In this document: piece by piece, positions 10,252-20,711 of the stretch
Layout of the letters: the number at the start of each line of letters is the position of its first letter
Numbering within the stretch: the first letter of the stretch is position 1
Assembly: GCA_963734535.1 (NCBI GenBank)
Contig: CAVTHS010000002.1
Location: 64,001-128,000, forward strand
DNA from: an uncultured Chloroflexia bacterium
Lineage (GTDB): Bacteria; Chloroflexota; Limnocylindria; Limnocylindrales; CSP1-4
Direction: 5' to 3'
Length of the DNA: 64,000 nucleotides
Position numbers and translations under genes: made by a program
The notes under the pieces: model-generated
What the model was told of the DNA's origin: nothing
Seen by the model: the letters and a program-made list of their open reading frames with translations, nothing else
The model's database searches: none

Positions 10252-11391
10252 ATGCGTCACCTGTATCTCGCCGCGACGGGCCAGAACCGGGGCAAGACCA
10301 CCGCCTCGCTCGGCCTTGTCCACGCCTTCGTCGAGGAGGGTCTCCGGACGGGCTTCACGAAGCCCGTCGGCCAGCGCACGGTCACCGACGAGACGGGCGT
10401 GCCGGCGGACGAGGATGCCGTCCTCATGAAGGCGGTCTTCGGCCTCACCGACCCCAACGACGTGATGAGCCCGGTCCACATCCCGCGTGGCTTCACGAAG
10501 GCGTACATCGCCGGCGAGGTCGTCGAGGACCTGGGGGCGCGGATCCGGCGCGCGCACGCGATCCTCGCGGAGACGAAGGACCTCGTGCTCATCGAGGGGA
10601 CGGGCCACGCCGGCGTCGGCGCGGTCATCGGGCTGTCGAACGCGGTGGTGGCGAACCTGCTGGGGGCGCCCGCCGTGATCGTCAGCGAGGGCGGCGTGGG
10701 CCGGCCCATCGACGAGATCGTCCTCAACGCCGCGCTCTTCGAGAAGTACGGGGTGACCGTGGCCGGCGCCATCGTCAACAAGGTGGACCTCGATGTGCAG
10801 CCGGGCCTCCAGGCCGTGCTCGAGCGCGGGCTGGCCCGCCACGGGATCCCGCTCCTCGGCGTCATCCCGTACCGGCCCCTGCTCTCCAACCCGAGCCTCG
10901 CGATGATTCTCGAAGGCACGCGGGCGGAGCTGCTGCATGCCGGCCCCGACCTGGACCTCGTGATCGGGGGCATCAGCGTCGCGGCGATGGAGCCCCACCA
11001 CGTCCTCCAGCACGTCGTGGGCCGCCGGATCGTGATCGTGGCAGGCGACCGCGAGGACGTGATCGTTGCGCTTGCCAGGGCGCACCGGGCGGAGATGCGC
11101 CGGCCCGCGGTGATTCGCGGCGAGACACAGCCGGCGATGCTGGGCTTCGTCCTGTCCGGGTACCGGCCGCGCCCGGCGCTGGTCGACGAGATCCGACGGG
11201 CCGACCTGTTCGCGTGCTACCTCGACGAGGATACGTACATGGTGGCGTCGGACGTCCACGACCTGCTCGTCAAGACGCACCCCGCCGACCGCGAGAAGAT
11301 CGCCACGATCAAGGCCCTGGTCGGCGAGGCGCTCGACGTGGATCGGCTCCTGGGCGCGGCGACGGAGGCGCGCATCCCCGGCTCGGCGTGA
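10252..11391 (+). CDS. BioD-like AAA + DRTGG domain protein (phosphotransacetylase N-terminal-like)
   Basis: ATGQNRGKTT, FTKPVG, LIEGTGHAGVG, AGDREDV; no Pta catalytic domain. Confidence 0.85.
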   Translation: MRHLYLAATGQNRGKTTASLGLVHAFVEEGLRTGFTKPVGQRTVTDETGVPADEDAVLMKAVFGLTDPNDVMSPVHIPRGFTKAYIAGEVVEDLGARIRRAHAILAETKDLVLIEGTGHAGVGAVIGLSNAVVANLLGAPAVIVSEGGVGRPIDEIVLNAALFEKYGVTVAGAIVNKVDLDVQPGLQAVLERGLARHGIPLLGVIPYRPLLSNPSLAMILEGTRAELLHAGPDLDLVIGGISVAAMEPHHVLQHVVGRRIVIVAGDREDVIVALARAHRAEMRRPAVIRGETQPAMLGFVLSGYRPRPALVDEIRRADLFACYLDEDTYMVASDVHDLLVKTHPADREKIATIKALVGEALDVDRLLGAATEARIPGSA

Positions 11392-11399
11392 ATTGGTGC

Positions 11400-11450
11400 T
11401 TGACACCCCGCCGCGCCGCCGGTAATCTTCTCATTATCGTGAATGAGAAG
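11400..11450 (+). promoter_or_regulatory. Sigma70 promoter with overlapping palindromic operator
   Basis: TTGACA(11400-05)-N17-TAATCT(11423-28). Inverted repeat CTTCTCATT(11427-35)-N6-AATGAGAAG(11442-50). Confidence 0.8.
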
Positions 11451-12059
11451 ACAAGCGACGCCCCGGCATCACGGACGCACGGTCCGGATCTCATCCTGCA
11501 TCCGATCCGGATGCGCCTGATCGTGGCCCTGGGGGCGGGAGTGCCGATGGCCGCGGCGCAGCTCCTGGAGCGGATGCCGGACGTCCCGCCCGCCACGCTC
11601 TACCGGCATCTCAGCGTGCTCCGGCAGGGCGGCATCATCGCGTTCGCGGACGAGCCGCGACGGGGCGAGGCGGTCGAGCGCCGCACCCGCGGCGCGGTCG
11701 AGCGCCGCTATGTCCTGCGTGCCGGCGCCGCGTCGCTTGCGCCCGAGGACCTTGCGAGCGCTACTCCGGATGACCACCTGCGCTGGTTCGCCTCGTTCCT
11801 CGCGAGTCTCCTCGGCTCGTTCAGCCGCTATGTCGGGGCAGGAGTGCCGGACCTCGCGCGTGACGGCGTCGGGTATCGGGAAGTGGTTCTCCATCTCAGC
11901 GATGACGAGCTCGTCCAGATGAGCGTCGCCCTCAACTCGGCCCTGACGCCATTCGTGGCACATACGCCAGGCAACGGGCGGACGGCCCGTCTCTTCGCAA
12001 CCGTCCTTCTGCCCGCCGACAAGCCGTCGACGGGTCCTGCAACCAGGAGCGCCGAATGA
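11439..12059 (+). CDS. ArsR-like winged-HTH transcriptional regulator
   Basis: LILHPIRMRLI...DVPPATLYRHLSVLRQGGII...RGAVERRY; GTG start 11439. Confidence 0.85.
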   Translation: MNEKTSDAPASRTHGPDLILHPIRMRLIVALGAGVPMAAAQLLERMPDVPPATLYRHLSVLRQGGIIAFADEPRRGEAVERRTRGAVERRYVLRAGAASLAPEDLASATPDDHLRWFASFLASLLGSFSRYVGAGVPDLARDGVGYREVVLHLSDDELVQMSVALNSALTPFVAHTPGNGRTARLFATVLLPADKPSTGPATRSAE

Positions 12060-12256
12060 ACACGGGCCAGATCATCCTCCTCCTTCTCCCGGTCCTTCTC
12101 CTCGAGCTCGCCCTGCTCGGATTGGCGATCCGGGATCTGCTCAAGGACGAGCGCCACGTTCGCGGCGGCAACAAGGCGCTCTGGGCGCTCGTGATCGTCT
12201 TCATCAGCCTGATTGGACCGATCGTCTACTTCGCGATCGGGAGGGAGGACGCATGA
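12056..12256 (+). CDS. PLDc_N-type small membrane protein
   Basis: Two TMs; GNKALWALVIVFISLIGPIVYFAIGRE. Confidence 0.85.
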   Translation: MNTGQIILLLLPVLLLELALLGLAIRDLLKDERHVRGGNKALWALVIVFISLIGPIVYFAIGREDA

Positions 12257-13221
12257 CCGCCGCATCGGCGACTGCGGGGGACGTGAGCACGCACGGGCTC
12301 ACCAAGCGCTACCGGCTCGACGTCGCGCTCGATCATCTCGACCTCGACGTCCCCGCCGGCTGCGTCTTCGGCTTCCTTGGGCCGAACGGGGCAGGGAAGA
12401 CGACGACCCTGCGACTCCTTACGGGCCTCGCCCGGCCCACCGAGGGGAGCGCCACCGTCGCGGGGATCGACGCCACCTCCGGCGGGCGCGCCCTTGCCGA
12501 ACGCATCGGCGCGCTCGACCAGGATCCGCGCTACTACGGGTGGATGACCGGGCGCGAGCTGCTCGCGTTCGTGGGCCGGCTGCACGGGCTCGACGGATTG
12601 GCCCTGCGCTCGCGCGTCGACGAGGTGCTGGAGACGATCGGCCTCGTCGACGCGAAAGACCGGCGGATCGGCGGCTACTCGGGCGGGATGCGCCAGCGCC
12701 TCGGGATCGGGCAGGCGATGCTGCCGCGACCGTCGGTGCTCTTCCTCGACGAGCCGGTGAGCTCGCTCGATCCGGCCGGACGCCGCGACGTGCTCGAGCT
12801 GATCGGCCGCCTGCGCGGGACGAGCACCGTCTTCATGAGCACGCATATCCTCAACGACGTCGAGCGCGTCTGCGATCGTGTCGGGATCCTGAACCACGGC
12901 CGCCTGATCGCCGAGGCGCCCATGGATGAGCTCCTCGCGAGCCACGCCCGGCCGATCCTGGAGCTGGACCCCGAGCCCGGCCAGGATGCCGCCATTGCCG
13001 CGCTCGTCGCGACGCTGCGCGCGCAGTCCTGGACGCGCGACGTGCGCGTGGAGAGCGGCCTGGTCCGGGTGTTCGTGACCGACGCCGAACGTGCGGTCAC
13101 CGAGATGCTGCCGCTGGTCGTGGCGTCCGGGGTCCGCGTGGGCCGCTTCGAGCGAGTTCGGCCGACCCTGGAGGACGTCTTCCTTGCCCTCGTGGGGACC
13201 TCCGGGGAGGTGCGGACGTGA
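12253..13221 (+). CDS. ABC-2 exporter ATP-binding protein
   Basis: GPNGAGKTT, YSGGMRQRL, LFLDEP, STHIL. Confidence 0.95.
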   Translation: MTAASATAGDVSTHGLTKRYRLDVALDHLDLDVPAGCVFGFLGPNGAGKTTTLRLLTGLARPTEGSATVAGIDATSGGRALAERIGALDQDPRYYGWMTGRELLAFVGRLHGLDGLALRSRVDEVLETIGLVDAKDRRIGGYSGGMRQRLGIGQAMLPRPSVLFLDEPVSSLDPAGRRDVLELIGRLRGTSTVFMSTHILNDVERVCDRVGILNHGRLIAEAPMDELLASHARPILELDPEPGQDAAIAALVATLRAQSWTRDVRVESGLVRVFVTDAERAVTEMLPLVVASGVRVGRFERVRPTLEDVFLALVGTSGEVRT

Positions 13222-13994
13222 GCGCGTTCGCCGGGTTCCGACTGCTGCTCCAGAAGGAGCTGCGTGAGCAGCTTCGCACGCTTCGACTGGTCGTCGTCGT
13301 CATCGTCCTCGCGGCGTTCGGCGCCACCTCGCCGCTCCTCGCGAAGTTCCTGCCCGACATCATCAAGGTGGCCGGGACCGAGACCGCCGGCCTCACGATC
13401 ACGATGCCGACGCCCACCACGGCCGACGCGGTCGCCCAGCTCGTGAAGAACCTCGGCCAGTTCGGCCTCCTCATCGCGATCCTCGTGGCGATGGGCAGCG
13501 TGGCGACGGAGAAGGAGCGCGGGACGGCGGGGTTCGTGCTCACGAAGCCGGTCGGACGCGGTCCGTTCATCATGGCCAAGGCGGCGGCGATCGGCCTGCT
13601 GCTGGCGGCCGGGATCGCGGCCGGGTACGCGCTCGCGTGGGTCTACACCGCGGTGCTCTTCGAGCCGCTGCCTCTCCCCGGCTTCGCGGCGAGCGGCGCG
13701 CTGCTGTGGCTCTCGCTGCTCCTGACCGGCAGCGTCACTTTCCTGTTCTCGGTCCTGGCGCGCTCGTCGCTCGTCGCCGGCGGCGCCGGCTTCGTCGCCC
13801 TCATCGTGACGGGCATCGTCGCGGCGATCCCGGGGATCGGGGCCTACGCGCCGACCGGCCTCTCGACGCCCGCCGTTGCCCTCGCGCTCGGCAACGCGGG
13901 GGGCGACCTCGCCGGCCCGATCATCGTCAACCTGGCCCTGGTGGGGCTCGCCCTGGGCGCCGCGCAGGTCGCCTTCCGTCGACAGGAGCTGTGA
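13218..13994 (+). CDS. ABC-2 permease
   Basis: 6 TMs; EKERGTAGFVLTKPVGR. Confidence 0.9.
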   Translation: MSAFAGFRLLLQKELREQLRTLRLVVVVIVLAAFGATSPLLAKFLPDIIKVAGTETAGLTITMPTPTTADAVAQLVKNLGQFGLLIAILVAMGSVATEKERGTAGFVLTKPVGRGPFIMAKAAAIGLLLAAGIAAGYALAWVYTAVLFEPLPLPGFAASGALLWLSLLLTGSVTFLFSVLARSSLVAGGAGFVALIVTGIVAAIPGIGAYAPTGLSTPAVALALGNAGGDLAGPIIVNLALVGLALGAAQVAFRRQEL

Positions 13995-14021
13995 GGGCAG
14001 CCGCCGCCTTCTGCAAACCCG

Positions 14022-15013
14022 TCACGCCTCCGCGGCGGGCGGCAGGGCAGCCGGCGTCGACGGCCGTGCGCCGGATCCGCCGGAGCACGACGAAGGCGAG
14101 CAGCGCGATCAAGCCCGCCCACGAGGAGGATCGGGACCCAGACGATCAGGAGCCAGATCCCGGCGCCGGCCAGCCCCTGGCCAAGGCCGACGAGGGCCGC
14201 GGCCGCCTGGTCGACCTCGCGCGCCGGATCCCAGCCCTCGCGCACCTGCGTCACGGCGACCGTCGGCGGCGGCGTGAAGCTGACGGTGAGCGAGGCCAGC
14301 GCCGCCTGGTTCTCGAGCGTCTGCTTCTGGGCCGCCAGCTGCTCGATCTGCTGGCGAACGCCGGTCAGCTGCTCCTGGACCGCGAGGACGTCCGGGATCT
14401 TCGTGGCCTTGTCCATGATCCCCTGGAGGGCGGTCTCGGTGACGCGGAGGTTGGCGAGGCGGGCGCCGAGGTCGACCACCTGGGCCGTGACCTCCTGGCT
14501 CGTCGTCTGTTCCCCGAGGACCTTCGTGCCGAGCTTCCGAAGCGCGTCGAGCGCCTCCGTCCAGCGGGCGGCGGGGATCCGGAACATCACGCTCGCCGAG
14601 GCCTTGTCGGCGTCGCCGCTCCGCTGCGAGCCCGACACGTACCCACCGACGGCCGTGACCGCAGCCTCGGCGGAGCGGATGGCCGCCTCGAGGTCGGCGA
14701 CCTGGAGATCCATCTGGCCCGTGCGGACGATGAGCGGGCCGCTTCCGTCGGGCGCCGCCACCTCCGTACCGCCCGTCGTGGTCGTGCCGCCGTTGGCGGA
14801 CCCGAACGACCCGTCGCGGACAGCGGAGGCCGCTGCGCTCGGCATCGCCGCCGGCGCCTCTGCGGGCTGGCCGGAGTCAGGGCCGCCGATGGTCCTGAGG
14901 GGGTTGCTGGCCGCGCTGCCGCAGCCGCCGAGCAGCGCCGCAACCATGAGCAGGCTGCCGATCCCGATGGCGACGCGCGTGCCCGCGCGTCCCTGGACGC
15001 TTCGATGCGCCAT
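14022..15013 (-). CDS. DUF4349-type lipoprotein with C-terminal TM (frameshifts ~14112 and probably ~14065)
   Basis: Lipobox LLGGC; IVRTGQMDLQV, RIPAARW, VTAQVVDLGARL coiled coil, C-terminal TM. The 3' end is inferred. Confidence 0.75.
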
Positions 15014-15067
15014 CACGTCACCCCGTGGCTGGTGGACGGCGGCGCGAGGGCGCGTCGCTCGTCCCGG

Positions 15068-15094
15068 TGACGCGACCGGGCGCGGCCCGGTTCC
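15068..15094 (-). promoter_or_regulatory. ECF-sigma-type promoter upstream of the DUF4349 gene
   Basis: Minus strand GGAACC-N16-CGTCA. Confidence 0.55.
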
Positions 15095-15100
15095 GGCCCG

Positions 15101-15931
15101 TCAGCCGAGGCGAACGTTGTCGATCAGGCGGGTGGTGCCGAAGCGCACCGCGAGCGAGAGCAGCGCGGGCCGCTCAACCGCCGTCAGCTCCTCGAGGGTG
15201 GCGTCGTCGGCCAGCGAGACGTAGTCGACGTCGGCCCGCGCCTCGGTCGAGAGCACGCTCCGCACGATGGCGCGGATGGCGTCCGCGGATCGTTCGCCGC
15301 CGTCGTAGGCCGCGCGACCGGCGAAGAGCGCCCGCGCCAGGATGGCCGCCGCGGCTCGATCCTCGGGCGACAGGTGGACGTTGCGGGACGAGAGGGCGAG
15401 GCCGTCGGGCTCGCGCACGGTCGGGCAGCGCACGATCTCGGTGATGCCCAGGTCGCGGACCATGCGATCGATCACGCGGAGCTGCTGGCCGTCCTTCTCG
15501 CCGAAGTAGGCGCGATCCGGCCGGACGACCCCGAACAGGACCGCCACCACGGTGGTGACCCCGGCGAAGTGGCGCGGGCGGGCTGCGCCCTCGAGCGGCC
15601 CGGCCAGCCGCTCGACCGTGACCAGGGTGTCGAAGCCGGGGGGGTAGACGTCGTCGACGCCGGGAATCCACACGAGGTCCGCACCGGCACCGGCGCAGAG
15701 CGCGAGGTCGGCGGACTCGCCCCGGGGATACCTGGCGAGGTCGCCAGGGTCGTCGAACTGGCGGGGATTGACGAAGATCGAGACGGCAACCGCGGCGCAC
15801 TCCTCGCGAGCCTGCGCGATCAACGAGCGATGGCCGGCGTGGAGCCAGCCCATCGTGGGGACCAGGCCGAGCGGCCGGGGGAGCGCCGCGAGCGCGCGGC
15901 GGAGCTCGTCGCGGCTGCGAACGACCTCCAC
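15101..15931 (-). CDS. panC: Pantoate--beta-alanine ligase
   Basis: VPTMGWLHAGH, SIFVNPRQF, YFGEKDGQQ, REPDGLALSSRN, TRLIDN. Confidence 0.96.
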   Translation of the reverse strand: MEVVRSRDELRRALAALPRPLGLVPTMGWLHAGHRSLIAQAREECAAVAVSIFVNPRQFDDPGDLARYPRGESADLALCAGAGADLVWIPGVDDVYPPGFDTLVTVERLAGPLEGAARPRHFAGVTTVVAVLFGVVRPDRAYFGEKDGQQLRVIDRMVRDLGITEIVRCPTVREPDGLALSSRNVHLSPEDRAAAAILARALFAGRAAYDGGERSADAIRAIVRSVLSTEARADVDYVSLADDATLEELTAVERPALLSLAVRFGTTRLIDNVRLG

Positions 15932-15940
15932 GAATCGCCG

Positions 15941-16861
15941 CTAAAGGTCGCGATCGAGCGGGATCCCCGCTTCGATCCGCGGCGACCCCTCGACGGTGCG
16001 GTCATCCGGGGCGTGACCGAGCACCTCGTCGAGGATCGCGTCGTCCATCCGGCTGGACTGCGCGGAGCCGGGGAAGGTCCCCGCCTCGACCTCGGACCGG
16101 TACGCGGCGGCGGCGGCCAGGATCACGGCCCGCATGTCGGCGTATGCCTTCGCATGGCGCGGCATGAACGTGCCCAGGCCCAGGAAGTCGGTCACGACCT
16201 GGACCTGGCCCGAGCATCCGGCGCCCGCCCCGATCCCGATCGTCGGGATTCGCAGGCGGGCAGTGATCGCCGCGGCGAGCTGCTCCGGCACGAGCTCGAG
16301 GACGACCGCGAACGCGCCCGCTTCCTGCACCGCGAGGGCGTCGTGGAGGAGCGCGCGCGCAGCCTCGCGCGTCCGGCCCTGGACTCGGACCTTGCCGAGG
16401 GCGTTGATCGCCTGCGGCGTGAGGCCGATGTGCCCCATCACGGGCACGCCCGCCCGGACCAGCGTCTCGATGACCCGAGCCGTCCGCACGCCGCCCTCCA
16501 CCTTGACCGCCTGCGCGCCGGCCTCGCGCAGGAAGCGGCCGGCGTTGCGGACCGCGTCGTCGGACGTGGCGTAGGAGAGGAACGGCATGTCCGCGACGAC
16601 GAGCGCGCGATGGGCGCCCCGGACGACTGCCTTGGTGTGGTGGAGCATCTCGTCCATCGTCACCCTGACGGTCGTCTCGTAGCCGAGCATCACCTGGCCC
16701 AGGGAGTCGCCCACGAGGAGCATCGGGATGCCCGCCTCGTCGAGGATGCCGGCAGTCGGGTAGTCGTATGCCGTCAGCATCGCGATCCGCTCGCCGTCCG
16801 CGTGCATGCGGGCGATGTCAACCACCGTCATGCGGCGCGTGCTCTCCGAGGTGCTGCTCAC
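15941..16861 (-). CDS. panB: 3-methyl-2-oxobutanoate hydroxymethyltransferase
   Basis: MLTAYDY, LVGDSLG, ADMPF, VKVEGG, GHIGLTPQ, IGIGAG. Confidence 0.96.
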   Translation of the reverse strand: MSSTSESTRRMTVVDIARMHADGERIAMLTAYDYPTAGILDEAGIPMLLVGDSLGQVMLGYETTVRVTMDEMLHHTKAVVRGAHRALVVADMPFLSYATSDDAVRNAGRFLREAGAQAVKVEGGVRTARVIETLVRAGVPVMGHIGLTPQAINALGKVRVQGRTREAARALLHDALAVQEAGAFAVVLELVPEQLAAAITARLRIPTIGIGAGAGCSGQVQVVTDFLGLGTFMPRHAKAYADMRAVILAAAAAYRSEVEAGTFPGSAQSSRMDDAILDEVLGHAPDDRTVEGSPRIEAGIPLDRDL

Positions 16862-18259
16862 GAGGTCGTCCTCCCGGGCGTGGCTGTCGCGCCAGTCTGC
16901 ACCGGCTCGTCGCGAGCGTCCAGCAGCGTCACGACGCGATCCAGGATCCGGTCGGCGACGCTGCGCTTCGGCAGGAGCGGCAGCGCGTCGACGCCACCGT
17001 CGGCGGCGAAGAGCGTGACCCGGTTTGTCGACGTGCCGAAGCCCGACCCCGGCTCGGTGACGTCATTGGCGACCAGGAGGTCGAGGCGTTTCGCCCGGAG
17101 CTTGGCAGCGACACGGCCGAGGCCCCCGGTCTCGGCGGCGAACCCCACCAGGACGGGCCGGGGCAGGATCGGGCGCCCGCACCGGCGCCCCGGCCTCGTC
17201 GAGCCCGCGCACGCGGCGACCCAGGCCGGCGAGGACGTCGGGGTTGGGAACCAGCTCGAGGGTCAGCCCGGCATCCGTGCGCGCGATCTTGTGGTCGACG
17301 GGCGCCGCGGGCCGGAAGTCGGCCACCGCGGCCGCCATGACCAGGGCGTCGAAGCCGGCGCGTCCGGTGGGGGTCTCGACGAGCGCGGCGAGGGCAGCCT
17401 CCATCGCGGCCGCGGTCTCCGCCCGGATCACCTCGACCCCCACCGGGATCGCGACCTGCAGCGTCCCGGCCACGAGGGTGACCCGGGCGCCCCGGTCGCG
17501 GGCGGCCTCGCACACGGCGACGCCCATCGTGCCCGTGCTCCGATTGCCGATGAAGCGGACCGGGTCGATCGGCTCGGCGGTCCCGCCGGCCGTGACCACG
17601 ATGTGGCGGCCACCCAGGTCGTCCGCGTCGCGGCCGAGATTCTCGGCGTCGGGCAGGCGCGGGGGCCGGTCGGCCGGGTCGGGCTTCCGGATCGGACGCT
17701 CCCCGATCGCCTCGACCGCCGCGTCGACGATCCGCTCGAGCGCGGCGAGGCGGCCGATCCCGACCTGGCCCGACGCGAGGCCGCCCGTCTCGGGTTCGAC
17801 GATCCGGTAGCCGAAGCCGTCGCGCAGGATCTGCACGTTCGCCTGGGTGGCGGGGTGGGCGTACATGTCGCCGTCCATGGCCGGCCCGACCACGACCGGC
17901 GCGGACGTGGCGAGGCAGGTGGCGGTGACCACGTCCGCGGCGAGGCCGTGCGCCATGGCGCCGAGCCAGTGCGCGGTCGCCGGCGCGACCACCACGACAT
18001 CGGCCGCGTCGGCGGTGATCACGTGACCGATCCGCCCGTCGGGGAGGAGGTCCAGCACGTCCGCGTCCACGGGCCGGCGGCTCAGCGCCGCGAGCGTGAG
18101 GGGCGCCACGAAGCGCGTCGCCGACGGGGTCATCAGGACGACCACGTCCGCTCCCTCGGCGCGGAAGAGGCGCAGCAGGTCGACCGCCTTGAACGCGGCG
18201 ATCGAGCCGGTGATGCCGAGCGCGACGAGGCGACCTGCGAGGCGTCCGGGCTGGGTCAC
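16858..18259 (-). CDS. coaBC: Bifunctional CoaBC (frameshift ~17150)
   Basis: GITGSIAAFK, APATAH, PAMDGDMY, TAGGTAEPIDPVRFIGNRSTG, AAVADFRP; C-terminus GFAAET...LLVANDV in the next frame. Confidence 0.93.
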
Positions 18260-19056
18260 GCCTGCGCCCCGTCGCCGGCGACGACCCGGTGGAAATGGAC
18301 CAGCCCCTTGAGCGTCAGGTCCGGATCGATCCCATCGAGGCCCTCGATCGTCCGGGCCCACGGAAGGATGCTCAGGCCGCCCGTCAGGACGGCCCGGACC
18401 TCGTGGGACGGGATCTCCGCGGCCGTGGCCAGCTCGCGCCGGATGCGGCCGAGGACCCCCTCGATCATGGTCCGGTGCCCGAGCACCGTGCCCACCCGGA
18501 TCGCCGACGCGGTGTCGCGCCCGATCGCGCCGTCGGGGATGCGAAGCTCGACGAGCGGGAGGCGTGCCGTCCGCGCGGCCAGGGCCTCCAGGCCGAGCCG
18601 GAGGCCCGGCGCGATCGCGCCGCCGACGAACGCGCCGTGCGCATCGACGACGTCGAACGTGGTCGCCGTCCCGCAGTCGACGACGATCGCGGGCGTGCCG
18701 AGCAGGTGCGCGGCGGCGTACGCGTTGATGAGCCGGTCCGGGCCCACCTCGCTCGGCCGGTCCACGCGAACGGCCATCGGGATCGTCCCCGCAGCGGCGA
18801 TGGTGCAGGGCATCTCCCGCCGCGCGGCGACGGCCTCGAAGGCGTCGCCGAGCGCGGGGACCGTGCTGACGAGCGCGCAGGCCGCGATGTCGCCGAGGCC
18901 ATGGCCGTCGAGCTGGAGCAGGCCCTCGAGCAGGATCTCCAGCTCGTCGGGGGTCGCGCTCGCCCGGGTGGCGGCGCGCCGCGAGGCGATCAGGGCGCCG
19001 TCCCGGGCAAGGCCGATCGTGACCTGGGAGTTGCCGGCGTCGATCACGAGGAGCAT
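18256..19056 (-). CDS. coaX: Type III pantothenate kinase
   Basis: MLLVIDAGNS, VGPDRLIN, VVDCGTATTFD, GGAIAPG, LTGG; ATG lies 6 nt after TATGAT. Confidence 0.95.
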   Translation of the reverse strand: MLLVIDAGNSQVTIGLARDGALIASRRAATRASATPDELEILLEGLLQLDGHGLGDIAACALVSTVPALGDAFEAVAARREMPCTIAAAGTIPMAVRVDRPSEVGPDRLINAYAAAHLLGTPAIVVDCGTATTFDVVDAHGAFVGGAIAPGLRLGLEALAARTARLPLVELRIPDGAIGRDTASAIRVGTVLGHRTMIEGVLGRIRRELATAAEIPSHEVRAVLTGGLSILPWARTIEGLDGIDPDLTLKGLVHFHRVVAGDGAQA

Positions 19057-19288
19057 GCGGCGATCATAGGGCCGGACGACGCACCGGGATCGGGCGGACC
19101 GTGGGCGCCCCGTCGAACGATCCCGAACCGCAACCTGGCGAACCGGGCCCGACGCCCCCGTGTGCGCTACCATCGGGCGGTCGCGCCCCGCGACCGTGGT
19201 CACGACGGCGACCGTGGTCGCTGCTGCGACCCCGGATGAACGACCGAGCGGCTCGTTCGGGAAGACGGCGAACGGCAGGAGATGCCCG

Positions 19289-19720
19289 ATGGCACGTCCG
19301 ACTCCAGCGCGGTTCTTCGTGAACAGCGGGCTCGTCGCCTCGCGAGCGGACATCCACAACCTGCTCCGCCCGCTCGTGAAGCAGACCGTCTCCTATCGCT
19401 ATTTCCGGGGGCGTGACCTCGTCGCGTCGGGTACCGGCTGGGTGGAGCGGGTCGTCATCGACGAGCCCGAGACCTCGAGCTACTTCACGCCGGTCTCGAT
19501 CTGCCTCAACGTTGACTCCTTCGAGCACCTCGACTTCGAGACCCGGCCCGACCAGCTCATCGTCTACACGCTCGTCGAAGGCGACGAGAAGGTCGTCCTG
19601 GAGTACGCGCCGCTCCGCGAGCGCGGAACGGGGGAGCAGGCGCCGGGGCAGCTCGCCTTCGATACCAGCGGCTTCGTCCAGATGGAGCTGCTCGCGTCGC
19701 CCGACGACGAGGAGGCCTGA
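19289..19720 (+). CDS. Hypothetical protein
   Basis: RBS AGGAG and coding-like composition (MARPTPARFFVNSG...). Confidence 0.65.
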   Translation: MARPTPARFFVNSGLVASRADIHNLLRPLVKQTVSYRYFRGRDLVASGTGWVERVVIDEPETSSYFTPVSICLNVDSFEHLDFETRPDQLIVYTLVEGDEKVVLEYAPLRERGTGEQAPGQLAFDTSGFVQMELLASPDDEEA

Positions 19721-19738
19721 CCGCGCCCTGCCGTCGGG

Positions 19739-20710
19739 TCAGTGCCCGCGCTCGCCCCGGACATAGTGGATGCCAAGCGCTGCCGGGGCCCCGATCCGCT
19801 TCCTGATGGCCTCGCCCGACACGGCGACCAGGACGAGGATGATGAGGATGTAGGGCACCATCCCCAGGAAGAACGTGAGGGTGTGGTTCACGTAGAACGG
19901 GTTCGGGAAGCCGAACAGCTCCTGCGGGCCCTGGATGTCGATGAGCATCCGCCCGATCGCGGCGAACGCATAGGCGCCGACGGCCGCCCGGCCCACGCCC
20001 CACTGGGCGAAGATCACGATCGCGATCGCGATCCAGCCCTGGCCGTTGACCGTCAGGTCGCCAAACCAGCCGGGCGAGATGGCCAGCGTGATCGTTGCCC
20101 CGGCGAGGCCGGCGAAGCAAGCCCCCGACGATGACGTAGGCATACCGCAGCCGGTAGACGTCGACACCGAGGGTGTCGGCTGCCGTCGGGCTTTCGCCGA
20201 CCGCGCGGAGATGGAGTCCCGGCCGCGTCCGGTTGATCCAGTACCAGGCGATCGGGACGAGGGCGTACGCCAAGGTAGACGAGGATGCTCTGGTCGTGGA
20301 AGAAGATCTGGCCCGATGACCGGCACGTCGTCGAGCACGGGGATGGTGACGTTCGGCAGCAGGGACGTGGCGCCTGCCTTCGACAGGCCCTCGCCGAGGA
20401 CCCGCGCGAGGCCTGTGCCCAGCAGCGTGAGCGACAGGCCCGACACGATCTGATCCGCCTCGAAATGGATCGTGACGACCGCGTGGAGGAGGCTGAGGGC
20501 AGCCCCGGCGAGCATCGCCGCCGCGACCCCGAGCCACGGGTTCCCCGTCGCGACGACGGTCGCAAAGCCGGCCACCGCGCCGATCAGCATCATGCCCTCG
20601 ACGCCGAGGTTCACGACGCCGGCCCGCTCGGCGAAGATCTCGCCGAGGGCGGCGAAGAACAGGACCGTGCCGGTCCCGATGCCCGCGGCGAGGATGACGA
20701 TCGGGTCCAT
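19739..20710 (-). CDS. Nucleoside/sugar ABC permease (three compensating frameshifts ~20310, ~20270, ~20118)
   Basis: AERAGVVNLGVEGMM and GWIAIAIVIF; GLHLRAVGE found in an alternate frame. Confidence 0.88.
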   Translation of the reverse strand: MDPIVILAAGIGTGTVLFFAALGEIFAERAGVVNLGVEGMMLIGAVAGFATVVATGNPWLGVAAAMLAGAALSLLHAVVTIHFEADQIVSGLSLTLLGTGLARVLGEGLSKAGATSLLPNVTIPVLDDVPVIGPDLLPRPEHPRLPWRTPSSRSPGTGSTGRGRDSISARSAKARRQPTPSVSTSTGCGMPTSSSGACFAGLAGATITLAISPGWFGDLTVNGQGWIAIAIVIFAQWGVGRAAVGAYAFAAIGRMLIDIQGPQELFGFPNPFYVNHTLTFFLGMVPYILIILVLVAVSGEAIRKRIGAPAALGIHYVRGERGH

Positions 20711-20711
20711 G

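Noticed and set aside
15374-19069. Very long opposite-strand or alternate-frame ORFs (also 1210-4242, 31834-35232, 37926-40598)
   Set aside because: Shadow ORFs of real high-GC genes; Arg/Gly/Pro-rich with no family motifs.
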